DNA of 64,000 nucleotides from Candidatus Poribacteria bacterium (GCA_963665235.2 CAXXLX010000001.1:1504001-1568000), one strand, 5' to 3'; counted from the stretch's first letter, positions 20,770-32,632 are shown. Notes: generated from the sequence alone by a model not told the origin. Made by a program: numbers and translations.

Positions 20770-21582
20770 TTTTACGACCCGACCCGTCCTGAAGGCGTGC
20801 CGTGGCCAAACCCGAATGATGACCTACTTTACCGAAAAGTTATGCCTGACGACTATAAAAAACTTGCGGTGCCTGAAGGTGTAACCGGCACCGTCGTCGT
20901 TGAAGCCAGTGGGTGGCTCGAAGATAACCAATGGATTCTTGAACTTGCCGCAGATGAACCGTTTATTGTCGGTTTCGTTGGAAATTTAGCACCCAGCGAC
21001 CCAAATTTCGCGGCCAACCTTGAACGATTCTCGGCAAATTCGTTGTTCCGAGGCATACGGCTCGGCAGCGGACATCTTCAAGCACTCAGTGATACAGATT
21101 TCTTGGCGAATATTGAGACGTTGGCAGAAAAGGAGCTCACCTTAGACCTGCTGATTAACCCTGCAGCCCTAAAGCACGTGCCCGCCCTAGTTGAGCATAC
21201 GCCGACAATGCGGATTGTGATTAACCACGTCGCAGGCGTTCGCGTTGATGAGAATCCGCCCGACGCAGCATGGGTTTCAACTATACAAGAGGTTGCACGC
21301 TACCCAAATATCTACTGCAAGGTCTCCGGTTTGGTAGAACACACGGGACAAACACCCGCACCGGACGATGTCGCCTACTACACCCCAACAATTGATGTTT
21401 TATGGGATGCCTTTGGAGAGGATAGGCTCATCTACGGCAGCAATTGGCCCGTATCTGAACGTTTCGCACCCTACGCCACAGTGCAAAAAATTGTCAACAC
21501 CTACTTCAGTGCGAAAGGCGATGCTGTCAAGGCGAAGTTCTTCTGGGAAAATGCAAAGGCAGCGTATCAGTTATCGGTTTAG
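20746..21582 (+). CDS. Amidohydrolase family protein (L-fuconolactonase-like)
   Basis: IIDTHTHF, INHVA, CKVSGL, YGSNWPV. Confidence 0.9.
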   Translation: MIIDTHTHFYDPTRPEGVPWPNPNDDLLYRKVMPDDYKKLAVPEGVTGTVVVEASGWLEDNQWILELAADEPFIVGFVGNLAPSDPNFAANLERFSANSLFRGIRLGSGHLQALSDTDFLANIETLAEKELTLDLLINPAALKHVPALVEHTPTMRIVINHVAGVRVDENPPDAAWVSTIQEVARYPNIYCKVSGLVEHTGQTPAPDDVAYYTPTIDVLWDAFGEDRLIYGSNWPVSERFAPYATVQKIVNTYFSAKGDAVKAKFFWENAKAAYQLSV

Positions 21583-22148
21583 GCAACCCATCGCATAAAC
21601 TCTCCGACCGGTTTCCGCGCTGGCTCCTTAATCTCTGCGGGATACCCGGTATAGAAAAAGCCGATGATATATTCCTGCGATGAATCTACGCCGAGCAACT
21701 GATAAGTCTGCTCTTCCATTGTAATTGGCCCCGTGCTCCACTGCATGCCTACGCCTGCATCCCAGGCAGCGAGTTGGACGTTCTGCATTGCACAACAGGC
21801 AGCAGCATAATCTTCGCGTTGGCGTTGTTCATCCCCCTCTTGCAGGCAGGAAACGGCGATAATAGTCGGCTTAGACATAAATTTCTCATAAGCCAATTGT
21901 CCAATCTTCGCAAGATTCTCTGCATCGACGTGGTCGGGTGTACCCTCCATCTTAATTTCGCGGTACCGTTCGGCGAGTGTCTGTTTCGTCTTCTCACCGA
22001 TGACGGTAAACCGCCACGGTTCTGTAATATGGTGATTCGGTGCCCATATTCCGTAGCTAAAAATTTGTTCGATTACATCGTTCGGAACGGTGTCCGGTTT
22101 GAACTTAAAAATAGTGCGTCTTGAAAGAATAGCGTCTTTAACATCCAT
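21579..22148 (-). CDS. Nitroreductase family protein
   Basis: SRRTI, WAPNH..TEPWRF, WSTG. Confidence 0.9.
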   Translation of the reverse strand: MDVKDAILSRRTIFKFKPDTVPNDVIEQIFSYGIWAPNHHITEPWRFTVIGEKTKQTLAERYREIKMEGTPDHVDAENLAKIGQLAYEKFMSKPTIIAVSCLQEGDEQRQREDYAAACCAMQNVQLAAWDAGVGMQWSTGPITMEEQTYQLLGVDSSQEYIIGFFYTGYPAEIKEPARKPVGEFMRWVA

Positions 22149-22235
22149 AAAAAAAATCCTCCTTACTGAATTGAATTATAGTCTATTGGAAGGTTAATTG
22201 CAAAAGTTGACATGTGTCCTATTTAAGCCGTTCCA

Positions 22236-23719
22236 CTAAACGTGCTCAAAGGTTTTGGGTTTTAATTCTACTGCCCTGTTATAGTCCTTGATGGCTCTAT
22301 CCAGCTCGCCTTTTTCATGGTAAGCCGTGCCGCGATTGTAATACGCTTCAACAAAATTTGGTTTTAGTTCAATCGCTATGTCATAATCTTTAAGGGCGCG
22401 GTTATAATCTCCTTTGTCGCGGTAAGCAGCACCGCGATTGCTATACGGCGCGGGATAATCATTTTTTAGCTCTATTGCTTTGGTGCAGTCTTCTATAGCT
22501 AAATCATGGTCGCCCCTGACACGATAAACAGCCCCGCGATTGTTATAGGCAAAGGCATAGTCTGGTTTGAGCGCAATCGCTTTATTAAAATCTTTGATAG
22601 CAAGTTCGAGCTCACCCCTTTCTCCGTAATCAATACCGCGATTGTTATAAAAAGTAGGCTCGTTTGGAGCTAATTCTATCGCTCGGTTATGGTCTTTGAT
22701 TGCGCTATCAACCCTATTTTTTTCCCGATACACGTTACCGCGATTATTATAAGCCCCTGCATAATCAGGTTTCATACAGATTGCCAAATCATACGCAGAA
22801 ATAGCCGATTCTCCGTTACCCCTTTCAGAAAGGAGATAGCCAATGGCAAAGAACGCTGCTGCAGCAACATCCGTCTCGATTTGTTCTACTGTCGCAGCAC
22901 AGGGTGTAATGCCCTCGCTCTCCAATTGAGCCCATACCTCCTCCACTAATTCCGGAAAAAGAGCTTCTATCTTTGGAAAGTGCTGCTCCTGATATGCCTT
23001 AATAAGTATACTGACCCATGTCATGACTGCCGATAAGGGATGATTTTCATCTCCACCGACACCATAGACCAAATCATCTAATACTGCTGCTAGGTGTTGG
23101 TACTCGATTTCTGTCACCGTGACACAGCTAAGATCTTCATTCCGATTTGCGATACCGGTGAATAGGTCCAGTAAACTTATACCATTTCTAATTGAAAATG
23201 TTTCTTTATTGTAGCATAAACTTCCAGTTTGTGTGCTTTATCGTAGCATAAACTTCCAGTTTGTGTGCTTTATCGTAGCATAAACTTCCAGTTTGTGTGC
23301 TTTATCGTAGCATAAACTTCCAGTTTGTGTGTGTAGCATAAACTTCCAGTTTGTGTTTTTGTAGCATAAACTTCCAGTTTGTGTGCTTTATCGTAGCATA
23401 AACTTCCAGTTTGTGTGCTTTATCGTAGCATAAACTTCCAGTTTGTGTGCTTTATCGTAGCATAAACTTCCAGTTTGTGTCCTCCGTTCTCCGTTTCATT
23501 TCCAACAACCGGTAATGATAGAATAATTAATAAAAATGGTATTACAAGCCATTTCACTTCACTTTCCGTATCGGCTGCAGTATCAACAAATTCGGGCTGT
23601 AAAGGTTGTTCATGGGCAAGTAATACCTGTTTTTTGGGGCTATGTTCGCCTGAGAATATGGGCTCAAAAGGCGTGAACGTTGACAATATATTTGGCAGAG
23701 ACTGCGTTCCGACTAGCAT
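22236..23719 (-). pseudogene. TPR protein with HigA-like N-terminal segment, split by MITE-A
   Basis: Removing 23180-23541 plus one TSD joins ..KWLV to SLLDLF.. in frame (373 codons); AYNNRG repeats; VGGDENHPL motif. Confidence 0.8.
23180..23541 (+). mobile_element. MITE-A copy 1 (TACCATTT TIR, TTA TSD, 9 repeat cores)
   Basis: TTA-TACCATTTCTAATTGAAAATG ... TAATAAAAATGGTA-TTA; main unit GTAGCATAAACTTCCAGTTTGTGTGCTTTATC. Confidence 0.92.
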
Positions 23720-23725
23720 GATTTG

Positions 23726-24637
23726 TTAACTCAACAGTGCCTTAAGCGCAGCATCAATCGTCGGATAGCGAAATTCGTAACCGCTCGCCTCAGTTTTCTC
23801 CGGTAGAACATTCTGGCTCAACATAACGAAATCCGCGAACTCCCCCATCATCAACTTCAAACCGAACGCTGGCACCGGAAACAGCGTCGGCCGCCGAAGC
23901 ACAGCCCCGAGTGTCTTTGTGAACTTAATATTTCTGACCGGTGTAGGCGCAGTCGCGTTCAACGCACCGCTTACCTCGTCATTTTCCAAAGCGTGCAGGA
24001 TAATACCCACCACGTCATCAACATGAATCCATGACATCCACTGTGTACCGCTGCCAAGTTTACCGCCGACTCCCATTTTAAAAGGCGGCAGAACTTGATT
24101 CAAAAGTCCCCCCCCTAAGCCGAGCACAAGTCCGATACGAACCGTGACGACCCGGGTGCCAAATTCGTTCGCTTTTAGTGCTTCGGTTTCCCATTCTTGG
24201 CAGGTTTCCGCGAGAAAATCGTTTCCGACAGGGGATTCCTCCGTGAAGGTATCCTCGCCGCTGTCGCCATAGTAGCCGATTGCCGAGGCACAGACGAGCA
24301 CATCCGGTTTAGTATCAGCCTCAGCGAACGAGGCAACGAGGTTACGGGTAGAGAGCACACGACTGTCGCGTATCCGCCGTTTTTTTTCTGCGTTCCATCT
24401 CCCTGCAATCGCTTCACCTGCCAGATGAATCACCGCTTGCACGTCTGATGTCGCTTCTGTGGGAAGCTGCTCCGTTTCAGGGCTCCACCGGTGGAAGGTT
24501 TCTGCTGAATTTAATGTCGTTTGTGCGCGGTCGGGGTTTCGAGACAAGACATGTACTGCATTTCCCTTTTCGTTGAGGGCATCACAGACACGAGTGCCGA
24601 TGAAACCTGTTCCCCCTGTGACCAATACATTTGCCAT
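23726..24637 (-). CDS. TIGR01777/YfcH-like NAD-dependent epimerase family protein
   Basis: VTGGTGFIG, HLAGE, ASAIGYYG, SWIHVDD. Confidence 0.9.
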   Translation of the reverse strand: MANVLVTGGTGFIGTRVCDALNEKGNAVHVLSRNPDRAQTTLNSAETFHRWSPETEQLPTEATSDVQAVIHLAGEAIAGRWNAEKKRRIRDSRVLSTRNLVASFAEADTKPDVLVCASAIGYYGDSGEDTFTEESPVGNDFLAETCQEWETEALKANEFGTRVVTVRIGLVLGLGGGLLNQVLPPFKMGVGGKLGSGTQWMSWIHVDDVVGIILHALENDEVSGALNATAPTPVRNIKFTKTLGAVLRRPTLFPVPAFGLKLMMGEFADFVMLSQNVLPEKTEASGYEFRYPTIDAALKALLS

Positions 24638-24657
24638 CGTTTTCCTCCATGATATTT

Positions 24658-25386
24658 CTATTTTGACAGTTCAGCGATAGCCGCTTCTAAGTGTCGATAA
24701 TCATCAATGACAGCATCGCTGAGTGTATCGTCTACCTCTGCATTATTGAATCCTGTGAAACGTATCGCCTTCATCCGTGCATTTTTTGCCCCGACGATAT
24801 CGGTTCGGTAAATATCACCGATATGGAGTGCTTCTGTCGGTTCAACGTTCAGCTCCTTTAAGGTGGAATGGAATTGCACCACTTCAGGCTTTGTGTGTTG
24901 CGTTTCATCGGAAAAAGTGAACGTTGTGAAGAATTGCAGGATACCGTCGCGTGCCATAAGTTTTCTTACAAAAGTGCCGGGTGTCAAGGCGGAGTCGGAG
25001 ATAATTCCCAGCGGATAGTTTTCGCTGAGCCGTGCCAACACCGGCTTAATATGCGGGATGAGGACTGGCGGGGACGCTAAGAACGCATTGCCAAGACACA
25101 CAACTAACGCATCGATATCGGTGTCCTGAAGGGGAAGTCCGAGTGTCTTAGCCAACCCTCTCATGCAGGTCTCCACCGAAATACCTTTATGTTCATACCA
25201 ATGAGACACCGTCAACTGATACGCCTCCTCAAGTCCATTTTCCACTTCGGTTAGTAGACAATCATATCCACGGTGCGTTAAGTAGGTATGGCACTGTTCT
25301 ATGCGTATAGCTTGACGTTTATGCCAATTCTCGTGAGAATCCGCATAAAGTGTTTGCCAAAAATCAAATGTAATTGCTTTAAGCAT
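24658..25386 (-). CDS. HAD family hydrolase
   Basis: FDFWQTL, KPE, HIGD...DIVGA. Confidence 0.88.
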   Translation of the reverse strand: MLKAITFDFWQTLYADSHENWHKRQAIRIEQCHTYLTHRGYDCLLTEVENGLEEAYQLTVSHWYEHKGISVETCMRGLAKTLGLPLQDTDIDALVVCLGNAFLASPPVLIPHIKPVLARLSENYPLGIISDSALTPGTFVRKLMARDGILQFFTTFTFSDETQHTKPEVVQFHSTLKELNVEPTEALHIGDIYRTDIVGAKNARMKAIRFTGFNNAEVDDTLSDAVIDDYRHLEAAIAELSK

Positions 25387-26121
25387 TGAATTTCCTATTT
25401 TCGCAAAGATTTCAAGTAGCTTGTCTTTATGTCGAGCTGTTCTGTTTAATTTTAGTTAATTTGTGTTCAAATGTCAAGAAATATATAAAGAGGGGTGTAA
25501 AGTTTTCGTACAAGTTGTTCCGTATTAGCCCAGTATGGGCATTATGTTTATAGCGTGACTTCTGCAGCGGAAACGAACAGGAAAATAGACCTAAATCTTA
25601 GAATCAATCGTCTTTATGTGCTTGTTGAGATGATTTCAGACGCTTTTTTCGTCTTTATGCGCCGTTTTGTGTCAGAAATCGGGGTTAGAAACCCCTTGCA
25701 GAAGAAGTCGAAACCATTAATTCGACTTGTGGGTAACAGCTAGCTTCTTAGCCCAGTATGGGCGTTATGTTTATAGAAGCAGGGGTTCTGCCTCTCCGCA
25801 AACAGGACTCTAATCAAAAAACTTGGATTGTTACACATCTTAAAATCCGCGAAATCCGTGTAATCCGCGATAATCCGCGATTTAGACAGAAGAGAAACGG
25901 TGAAAAATCCGGTAACCCCGAGCATGCATTTTTTTTGAAGAAAATCTGGACAGTTCGCAACTAATAGAACAGAGAAAAGCTGGCGTGAAATCCGCTAGCG
26001 CCCCGGAATAGCTGCAGGTTGCTTTGCAAAAAACAGCGACAAATTTGAAAAATGACTTTTTTTAAGGTATAATATTAACAGCCGATATGTTGACGCGTCA
26101 AAAATTTGTCCGGGAGGCATT

Positions 26122-27627
26122 ATGTTGCGTTGGAATCGTAGAATTACGCCGAGCTATCCGACCGGTCGGTTAATGCTTATCTTTTTTAGTGTCGGTGTAT
26201 GTATATTGATATTTGTGTTTGCTTACTATACACGCCAAATTTCTCAATTGAACGCCGATATAGAGGCACAGATACAAATTTTTGTGAACCTCGCTGTTGA
26301 ATTGCCGAGCATTGAGGACCGTGCGTTGCAAGAACGGCTGCTTCGGGTGATGAGACAGGAGCTCTTAGCGGAGGGGAGGTCGCGACGGTTTGCGTTCATC
26401 ATCACAGATGCGGATGGAAACGTGGAAATTTCACAGGGAATTGATACAAAATTGGACGCGAAAGTCAACGAAAATGACAGAATTCCGTTAACCCATGATG
26501 AGAAGGAGCTATTGAACACAACATTGGCGCGGATGAAAAAGAAAAATCAGCGTCGGAAAATACCGTTCCTTCGGGAAGACAGGAAGATTACAGGATACTT
26601 CTACTACGGGGATGTGGCACCGAGTGAAATGGCACAACTGCCTTTTGCAATAACCGATACGACGAAGACACCCCAGAAATGGCAGATGTGGGACGATGTT
26701 ATCACAGCAGAGACAGCGACTCCACAAGAACGGGAGCGTGCAGAAATTTTCGTCAAAAACACCGCCGCGTTCTCTGCAATTCAAACCACACCTGCTTGGC
26801 ATGAAGGGTATTTCTACTACGAAATAAAATCCTATTACGGATTATTGGTGACCCCGTTCGTATTATTTATCGTTTTGCTTAGTTTTGGGTTCGTCTGTTT
26901 TCTTATCTATTCACGGATAAAGTCTTATGAACATGCTGCAATTTGGGGCGGCTTAGCCAAAGAAACCGCGCATCAACTCGGCACCCCCATCTCTGCACTC
27001 CTCGCTTGGACAGAGCTGCTGGATGAACGGAGCCAGGAGACAGGGGATACAATTCTCGCGGAGCTCTCCAAAAATATGCAGAGCGACCTGAAACAGTTAC
27101 AGAAAACGACCGCACGATTCGGAATGATTGGTACACAGCCAGCAAAAACAGAGATACGTTTAGAAGATGTGCTCGCGGAAGTTCTAACCTATTTCGAGAA
27201 GCGGCTCCCACAAGTCAGCCGCAGTGTTGATATTCGCATCACACCCAGCGAGATACCACCGATTTTGGCAAACGCACATCTGCTACAGTGGGTGCTCGAA
27301 AATCTCATCCGCAATTCGCTGGACGCGATGGATAAACCAGAAGGGCACATTGAGATAAAACCGCGTTATGATGAACGGCGAAAACACGTCATCATTCAGT
27401 ATACTGACAACGGAAGTGGTATCCCTCGCGAAAATCAACGCATTATTTTTGAACCCGGGATGACTACCAAAGCACACGGATGGGGACTCGGTTTGACAGT
27501 AGTACAACGAATTATTAAGGAGTATCATCACGGAAACATACGGTTGGTCGAAAGTAATCCAGCAGGAACAACTTTTGAAATCCAACTCCCTTGCACCGCA
27601 ACAGAAGTAGCTCGCAAGTCCGTATGA
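26122..27627 (+). CDS. Sensor histidine kinase
   Basis: Two TM helices; ETAHQLGTP H-box; ENLIRNSLDA, DNGSGI, GWGLGL. Confidence 0.92.
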   Translation: MLRWNRRITPSYPTGRLMLIFFSVGVCILIFVFAYYTRQISQLNADIEAQIQIFVNLAVELPSIEDRALQERLLRVMRQELLAEGRSRRFAFIITDADGNVEISQGIDTKLDAKVNENDRIPLTHDEKELLNTTLARMKKKNQRRKIPFLREDRKITGYFYYGDVAPSEMAQLPFAITDTTKTPQKWQMWDDVITAETATPQERERAEIFVKNTAAFSAIQTTPAWHEGYFYYEIKSYYGLLVTPFVLFIVLLSFGFVCFLIYSRIKSYEHAAIWGGLAKETAHQLGTPISALLAWTELLDERSQETGDTILAELSKNMQSDLKQLQKTTARFGMIGTQPAKTEIRLEDVLAEVLTYFEKRLPQVSRSVDIRITPSEIPPILANAHLLQWVLENLIRNSLDAMDKPEGHIEIKPRYDERRKHVIIQYTDNGSGIPRENQRIIFEPGMTTKAHGWGLGLTVVQRIIKEYHHGNIRLVESNPAGTTFEIQLPCTATEVARKSV

Positions 27628-27646
27628 TACCCCTTGGGGAACAGAT

Positions 27647-29218
27647 ATGCCAAAATCATATAACATTCTGTGGATAGACGATGAGATAGAAGCACTGCGG
27701 CCACACAGACACTTTTTAGAAAACCGCGGCTACCATGTCACACCCGCTACCAACGGTGATGATGGAATAGCACTGCTAAAGCAGCCTGACGTACAATACG
27801 ATGTCATTTTGCTTGACCAGGTTATGCCCGGAAAAGATGGTATGGCAACCCTTGACGGTATTCGCACTATCGACCGCCAGGTCCCCGTTATTCTTGTAAC
27901 ACAGACTAGTGATGACCGGTTTATCGATGTCGCCCTCGGCAAACAGGTGACGGATTTTCTCGTAAAACCTATCGGTGTTACACAGATTGCTTCAACCCTC
28001 AAACGGGTGCTTGAACAACAACAGATAGTAGAAACCCAAATACCGGGCCGCTACACGAACGATTTTAACACCATCAGGTCCCTGAAAGAGGCACAACCTA
28101 CGTGGCAAGACTGGCTTAACATTTACATCAAATTACTAGAATGGGATTTGGTTTCCGAGCGGCTGGTTGAGCAGGGATTAGAAGAAACACATTTGGCACA
28201 GAAAAAGGAGTGCAATACCGAATTCTCCGATTTTGTCGAAGCGAACTATCCGGACTGGGTGGCAGGCAGTGAAGATGCCCCCCCGCTTTCAGTCGGCGTA
28301 CTAGACCGGCATGTTGTCCCTTTACTACAGAAAGGGGTACCTGTCTACTTTATCGTTGTAGACTGTTTTCGACTCGATCATTGGATGGCGATAGAACCGT
28401 TGTTGTATCCCTATTTTTCTATTGACCGGCAGTACAATTTCTCTATTTTGCCGAGTGCCACGATGTACTCACGGAACGCGCTATTTAGTGGGCTCTATCC
28501 GGCAGAATTGGCAAAGGATTACCCCGAATATTGGCAGGAACGGTCAGAAGGTGACACCAGCACAAACCGATACGAACGGCAGATGCTTGAGGCGTTTTTA
28601 CAAAGACGAGGCATCACACTGAAACCGGGGATACAATACTTCAAAATTTTTGATACGCGGGGCGGAAATGAATACAAAAGACGTGTCGCAGCTGCACCGA
28701 AAATTAGTCTCGCGACACTCGTTGTTAACTTCATAGACATATTAACGCATCAGCGGTCACAATCGGAGGTGTTGCAACAGCTTGCCCCAGATGAGCCAGC
28801 TTTTCGGGCATTGGCGAGTTCTTGGTTTTCGCATTCTATCCTGTTTGACATTCTGCGCCTTATTGCTGCTCAGGGGGCTTTCGTCGTGCTCACAACGGAC
28901 CACGGCTCCGTATTCTGTAACAGGGCCACCCGTGCTTACGGCAATCGCGATACCACTACAAGTCTCCGGTTCAAAATCGGCAATAATCTGGCATGTGATG
29001 AGAACGAAGCGGTGTATATCCCGAACCCGCTTAAATATCAGTTGCCCGCCGAAACGGCGAGCAAAGATTATATTCTCGCAAAAGACGACTTCTATTTCGT
29101 CTATCCAAACGACTTTTATAAGTACAAGCGGCAGTTTCAGGGCGGATTTCAACACGGCGGCATTTCAATGGGAGAATTAATAACGCCTGTCGTGACACTA
29201 ACCCCACGCAATAGGTAG
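27647..29218 (+). CDS. Response regulator with PglZ/alkaline-phosphatase domain (PorX-like)
   Basis: ILWIDDE receiver; VVDCFRLDHW, LPSATMYSRNALFSG, TTDHG, FQHGGISMGE. Confidence 0.88.
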   Translation: MPKSYNILWIDDEIEALRPHRHFLENRGYHVTPATNGDDGIALLKQPDVQYDVILLDQVMPGKDGMATLDGIRTIDRQVPVILVTQTSDDRFIDVALGKQVTDFLVKPIGVTQIASTLKRVLEQQQIVETQIPGRYTNDFNTIRSLKEAQPTWQDWLNIYIKLLEWDLVSERLVEQGLEETHLAQKKECNTEFSDFVEANYPDWVAGSEDAPPLSVGVLDRHVVPLLQKGVPVYFIVVDCFRLDHWMAIEPLLYPYFSIDRQYNFSILPSATMYSRNALFSGLYPAELAKDYPEYWQERSEGDTSTNRYERQMLEAFLQRRGITLKPGIQYFKIFDTRGGNEYKRRVAAAPKISLATLVVNFIDILTHQRSQSEVLQQLAPDEPAFRALASSWFSHSILFDILRLIAAQGAFVVLTTDHGSVFCNRATRAYGNRDTTTSLRFKIGNNLACDENEAVYIPNPLKYQLPAETASKDYILAKDDFYFVYPNDFYKYKRQFQGGFQHGGISMGELITPVVTLTPRNR

Positions 29219-29471
29219 ACCGCTACTAGCAACGGCACTCCCTGAAATGCACTATTTTTAAGCATGAGAGGACACTGAAAAATTATAGCGCGCCATTCAC
29301 TATACCCAAAAACGCTCCGGACTTAGAGGACCCGCACGTGTTAAATCCGCCAACACGCCCGAACGGTGCCCGAATCCCATGCTATTAAGACACTGTCGCT
29401 TCTTGATATGACCGAATTCACTAACCGATATGCCTTGCATTCAAGAGGCATGATAGGAGGAAACACTGACA

Positions 29472-31022
29472 ATGGAAAAGGAGATACTTATTTCTGATGA
29501 TGAATATGAAAGCCGATGCGCTGTCCTTGAGAAGGGAGTACTCAATGAAATTTATATCGAACGAAAAGCGGCAAAACCGGTCCTCGGAAACCTCTATAAG
29601 GGAAGGGTCGAGAATGTTTTACCCGGCATGCAAGTCGCTTTTGTCGATATCGGTCTAGAGCGGCACGCTTTTTTACATATTTCAGACCTAAAATACAATG
29701 ATGGGACCGAAAACGGAAACGCGGATGATGGATTGCCGACTTTGGACTTGCAAGATAAATCGTCCCGGCAATCCCGAGGTGGCAGAGGCTTCCCTTTTTT
29801 GATAACCGACCTCATTTCAAAAAAGCAGGAGCTGCTCGTTCAGGTCGGAAAAGAACCGATAGGCAGTAAGGGTGCACGCGTTACAAGCAATATCACTCTG
29901 CCGGGACACTACGTTGTCTACCTGCCGAACTCATCCACTATCGGTGTCTCACGACGTATTGAATCCGCCAGCGAACGCGACCGACTTCGCGACCTTGCAC
30001 AAACATTGAAAGCGGATGTAGAAGGCGGTTTTATTATCCGAACCGCTGCAGAAGGTCTCAGCGAAGAAGAGTTCGCCTCTGAAATCCGATACCTAATTGA
30101 CCAATGGAAACAGACACGCGAACGGGCAAAACGGAAACCTGCCCCCAGCCTCGTCAGCAAAGATATCGGATTCACTAATCGAATCATTCGTGATCTGCTC
30201 AACAAAGATGTCAAAAAACTTCTTATCGATTCACAAGCCGAATATCAGGAAACACTTAACTATGTTTCGACCGTGATGCCTGACTTGCGAAATCGAGTCG
30301 CCCTTTACAAAGAGAAAACTACCCTCTTTGACGCTTATGGGGTAGAGGAAGAATTGAAGAAAGCACTCAGCGAAAAAATTTGGCTCAAGTGTGGTGGACA
30401 TATCATCATTCAGCAGACAGAAGCGATGGTGTCAATCGATGTCAACACTGGCGGCTTCGTCGGAAAGTCCGACCCGGATAACACAATCCTAAGTGCTAAC
30501 CTTGAGGCGGTAGAGGAGGTCGTCCGACAAATCCAATTACGCGATTTAGGCGGCATTATCGTCGTCGATTTTATTGACATGGACGAACCCGCACACCGAA
30601 AACGGGTGCTTAAGATGCTACAGGAAGCATTGCGTAAAGACCGAGCCCGTACTAATATCCTCCATTTCTCCGATTTGGGACTGGTGGAAATGACACGCCA
30701 ACGAACCCGAGCGAGTTTAGCAACCCTGCTCATGGAACAGTGCCCCTACTGTGATGGACACGGCACTATTCTCTCAATTGAAACTGTCGTCATCGGATTG
30801 TTCCGGGCAATAAAAGCAGCATACCAACAGACTCGCCAATCCGCGTTGCGCGTTATCGCTAACGACCACGTGATTTCACATCTCAACGCACAGATGTCCG
30901 CTAAATTCCGTGACCTCAAGCGGACGCTAAAGGTGGAATTGACACTTGAATCTGATGCTGACCTACATCTTGAAGATTATCGAATCTTCGCAGCCAACGG
31001 TGAGGAATTATTCCTGAGTTAA
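29472..31022 (+). CDS. rng: Ribonuclease G (Rne/Rng family)
   Basis: GNLYKGRV..VLPGMQVAFVDIG, IDVNTG, DLGGIIVVDFIDM, CPYC. Confidence 0.92.
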   Translation: MEKEILISDDEYESRCAVLEKGVLNEIYIERKAAKPVLGNLYKGRVENVLPGMQVAFVDIGLERHAFLHISDLKYNDGTENGNADDGLPTLDLQDKSSRQSRGGRGFPFLITDLISKKQELLVQVGKEPIGSKGARVTSNITLPGHYVVYLPNSSTIGVSRRIESASERDRLRDLAQTLKADVEGGFIIRTAAEGLSEEEFASEIRYLIDQWKQTRERAKRKPAPSLVSKDIGFTNRIIRDLLNKDVKKLLIDSQAEYQETLNYVSTVMPDLRNRVALYKEKTTLFDAYGVEEELKKALSEKIWLKCGGHIIIQQTEAMVSIDVNTGGFVGKSDPDNTILSANLEAVEEVVRQIQLRDLGGIIVVDFIDMDEPAHRKRVLKMLQEALRKDRARTNILHFSDLGLVEMTRQRTRASLATLLMEQCPYCDGHGTILSIETVVIGLFRAIKAAYQQTRQSALRVIANDHVISHLNAQMSAKFRDLKRTLKVELTLESDADLHLEDYRIFAANGEELFLS

Positions 31023-31142
31023 CCTATACAATAGGATGCGTCATGGGGAAGTTCCCTGCGGAAACAGACCTATGACGCACCTACGTATCCCGATAGAGAA
31101 TGGATTAGTGCTACGAATCTGCTGTAAGAGAAGGAGTAACCG

Positions 31143-31874
31143 ATGCGAAGCCACGAAATAGATTACGAAATTTTTGGAAACGATATGCAAGTCGTCGAGA
31201 TTGAACTCGACCTAGACGAGACCATCATCGCGGAAGCCGGTGCTATGAACTGGATGGAGGACGACATCATCTTTGAGGCAAAGATGGGTGACGGCTCCAA
31301 AGGGGACGAAGGTTTGATGGGCAAACTTTTCAGTGCTGGCAAGCGAGCCCTCAGCGGTGAATCGCTATTTCTTACACATTTCACCAACACAAGCAGCCAC
31401 AAAAGACGGGTTGCATTTGCTGCCCCATACCCCGGTCATATTATCCCCATCGATTTGGCACAAATGGGCGGCGAACTCCTTTGCCAAAAAGATGCTTTCC
31501 TCTGCGCGGCCCTCGGGACTGAACTGAGCATCGCCTTCACGCGGAAATTAGGCGCGGGGTTTTTTGGCGGTGAAGGGTTTATCCTTCAAAATCTCCGTGG
31601 CGACGGCATGGCATTTGTACATGCAGGCGGGGCAGTCATCAAAAAGGAGCTCGTCAACGAGACGCTCCGAGTTGACACCGGGTGCCTTGTCGCCTTCTCT
31701 GCCAGCGTCGACTATAGCATTGAAATGAACAAAGGGTTAAAGTCAATGTTTTTCAGCGGTGAGGGGTTTTTTCTCGCAACCTTGAGGGGTACCGGCACCG
31801 TTTATCTCCAAAGCCTCCCCCTTTCAAGGCTTGCCGACCGCATCCTTGAACACGCCCCGGCCACGAGCAATTGA
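31143..31874 (+). CDS. TIGR00266/AIM24 family protein
   Basis: [27 protein letters not shown]. Confidence 0.9.
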   Translation: MRSHEIDYEIFGNDMQVVEIELDLDETIIAEAGAMNWMEDDIIFEAKMGDGSKGDEGLMGKLFSAGKRALSGESLFLTHFTNTSSHKRRVAFAAPYPGHIIPIDLAQMGGELLCQKDAFLCAALGTELSIAFTRKLGAGFFGGEGFILQNLRGDGMAFVHAGGAVIKKELVNETLRVDTGCLVAFSASVDYSIEMNKGLKSMFFSGEGFFLATLRGTGTVYLQSLPLSRLADRILEHAPATSN

Positions 31875-32028
31875 CAATGACTCTTTGGCAGTGGCTCATG
31901 TTATAGGTGTGTGCGATTGTTTTAATAAACGCAATGGCCACAGGGATTAAATTCTCTTATGCACTTATTTTTTACATGAGCCAAACCCTTTATTACAATG
32001 TTCGGTTTCGCGTGTGCTCAACCTGCAA

Positions 32029-32632
32029 TTATTGCACTTCGGGTATACTCACAGCCATGAGATGCCCAATTGCACCGAACACCTTTTTGAGTTCACTGAT
32101 TGTAAGGGCGGTCTCGTTGCGCGTAAACAGATTTCCAACTAATTTCCCGAATTGCCACATCTCCCCATCCGTTACAATGCCAAACCGTTTTTTTATCGTC
32201 ACTGTCGGTTTTTTGAGCAGCAACCAACTCCGCCAGACACTGTCCCCATCCCTTGATGAAGTCGTTCCGTTTTGCTTCAACGACGATGATAATCGGAATC
32301 CCTGGCACTGTTTTCCCCAACGCAGATTTTGTTGAGATTAGGTAATCGGGGGTGCCGCTGAGCTCCTCATTGTAAGCGATGGATTCGTGGCTCCACAACG
32401 CAAACCATTCTACATAGTTTTTGTACACATCCCTGAGAATAGGATAGATGACGTTTTCACAACGGGCCGCTTCTGATGAGAATACGTTGATGTGCTGCTT
32501 GCTGAATTCAAATTCCTCCAAAAATGCCGGGGAAGGTTCAATATCCTCGTATTGAAGATAGTCGACCTCGTTATATTTAATTTTGAAGGTTTCCTGGACT
32601 TGTGCAATTGAATTGAAATCGGTAGATGCCAT
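32029..32632 (-). pseudogene. Frameshifted PD-(D/E)XK-like hypothetical protein
   Basis: SGTPDY..VVEAK..GWGQCLAEL continues as GIVTDGEMWQFG in another frame near the T-run at ~32190. Confidence 0.7.
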
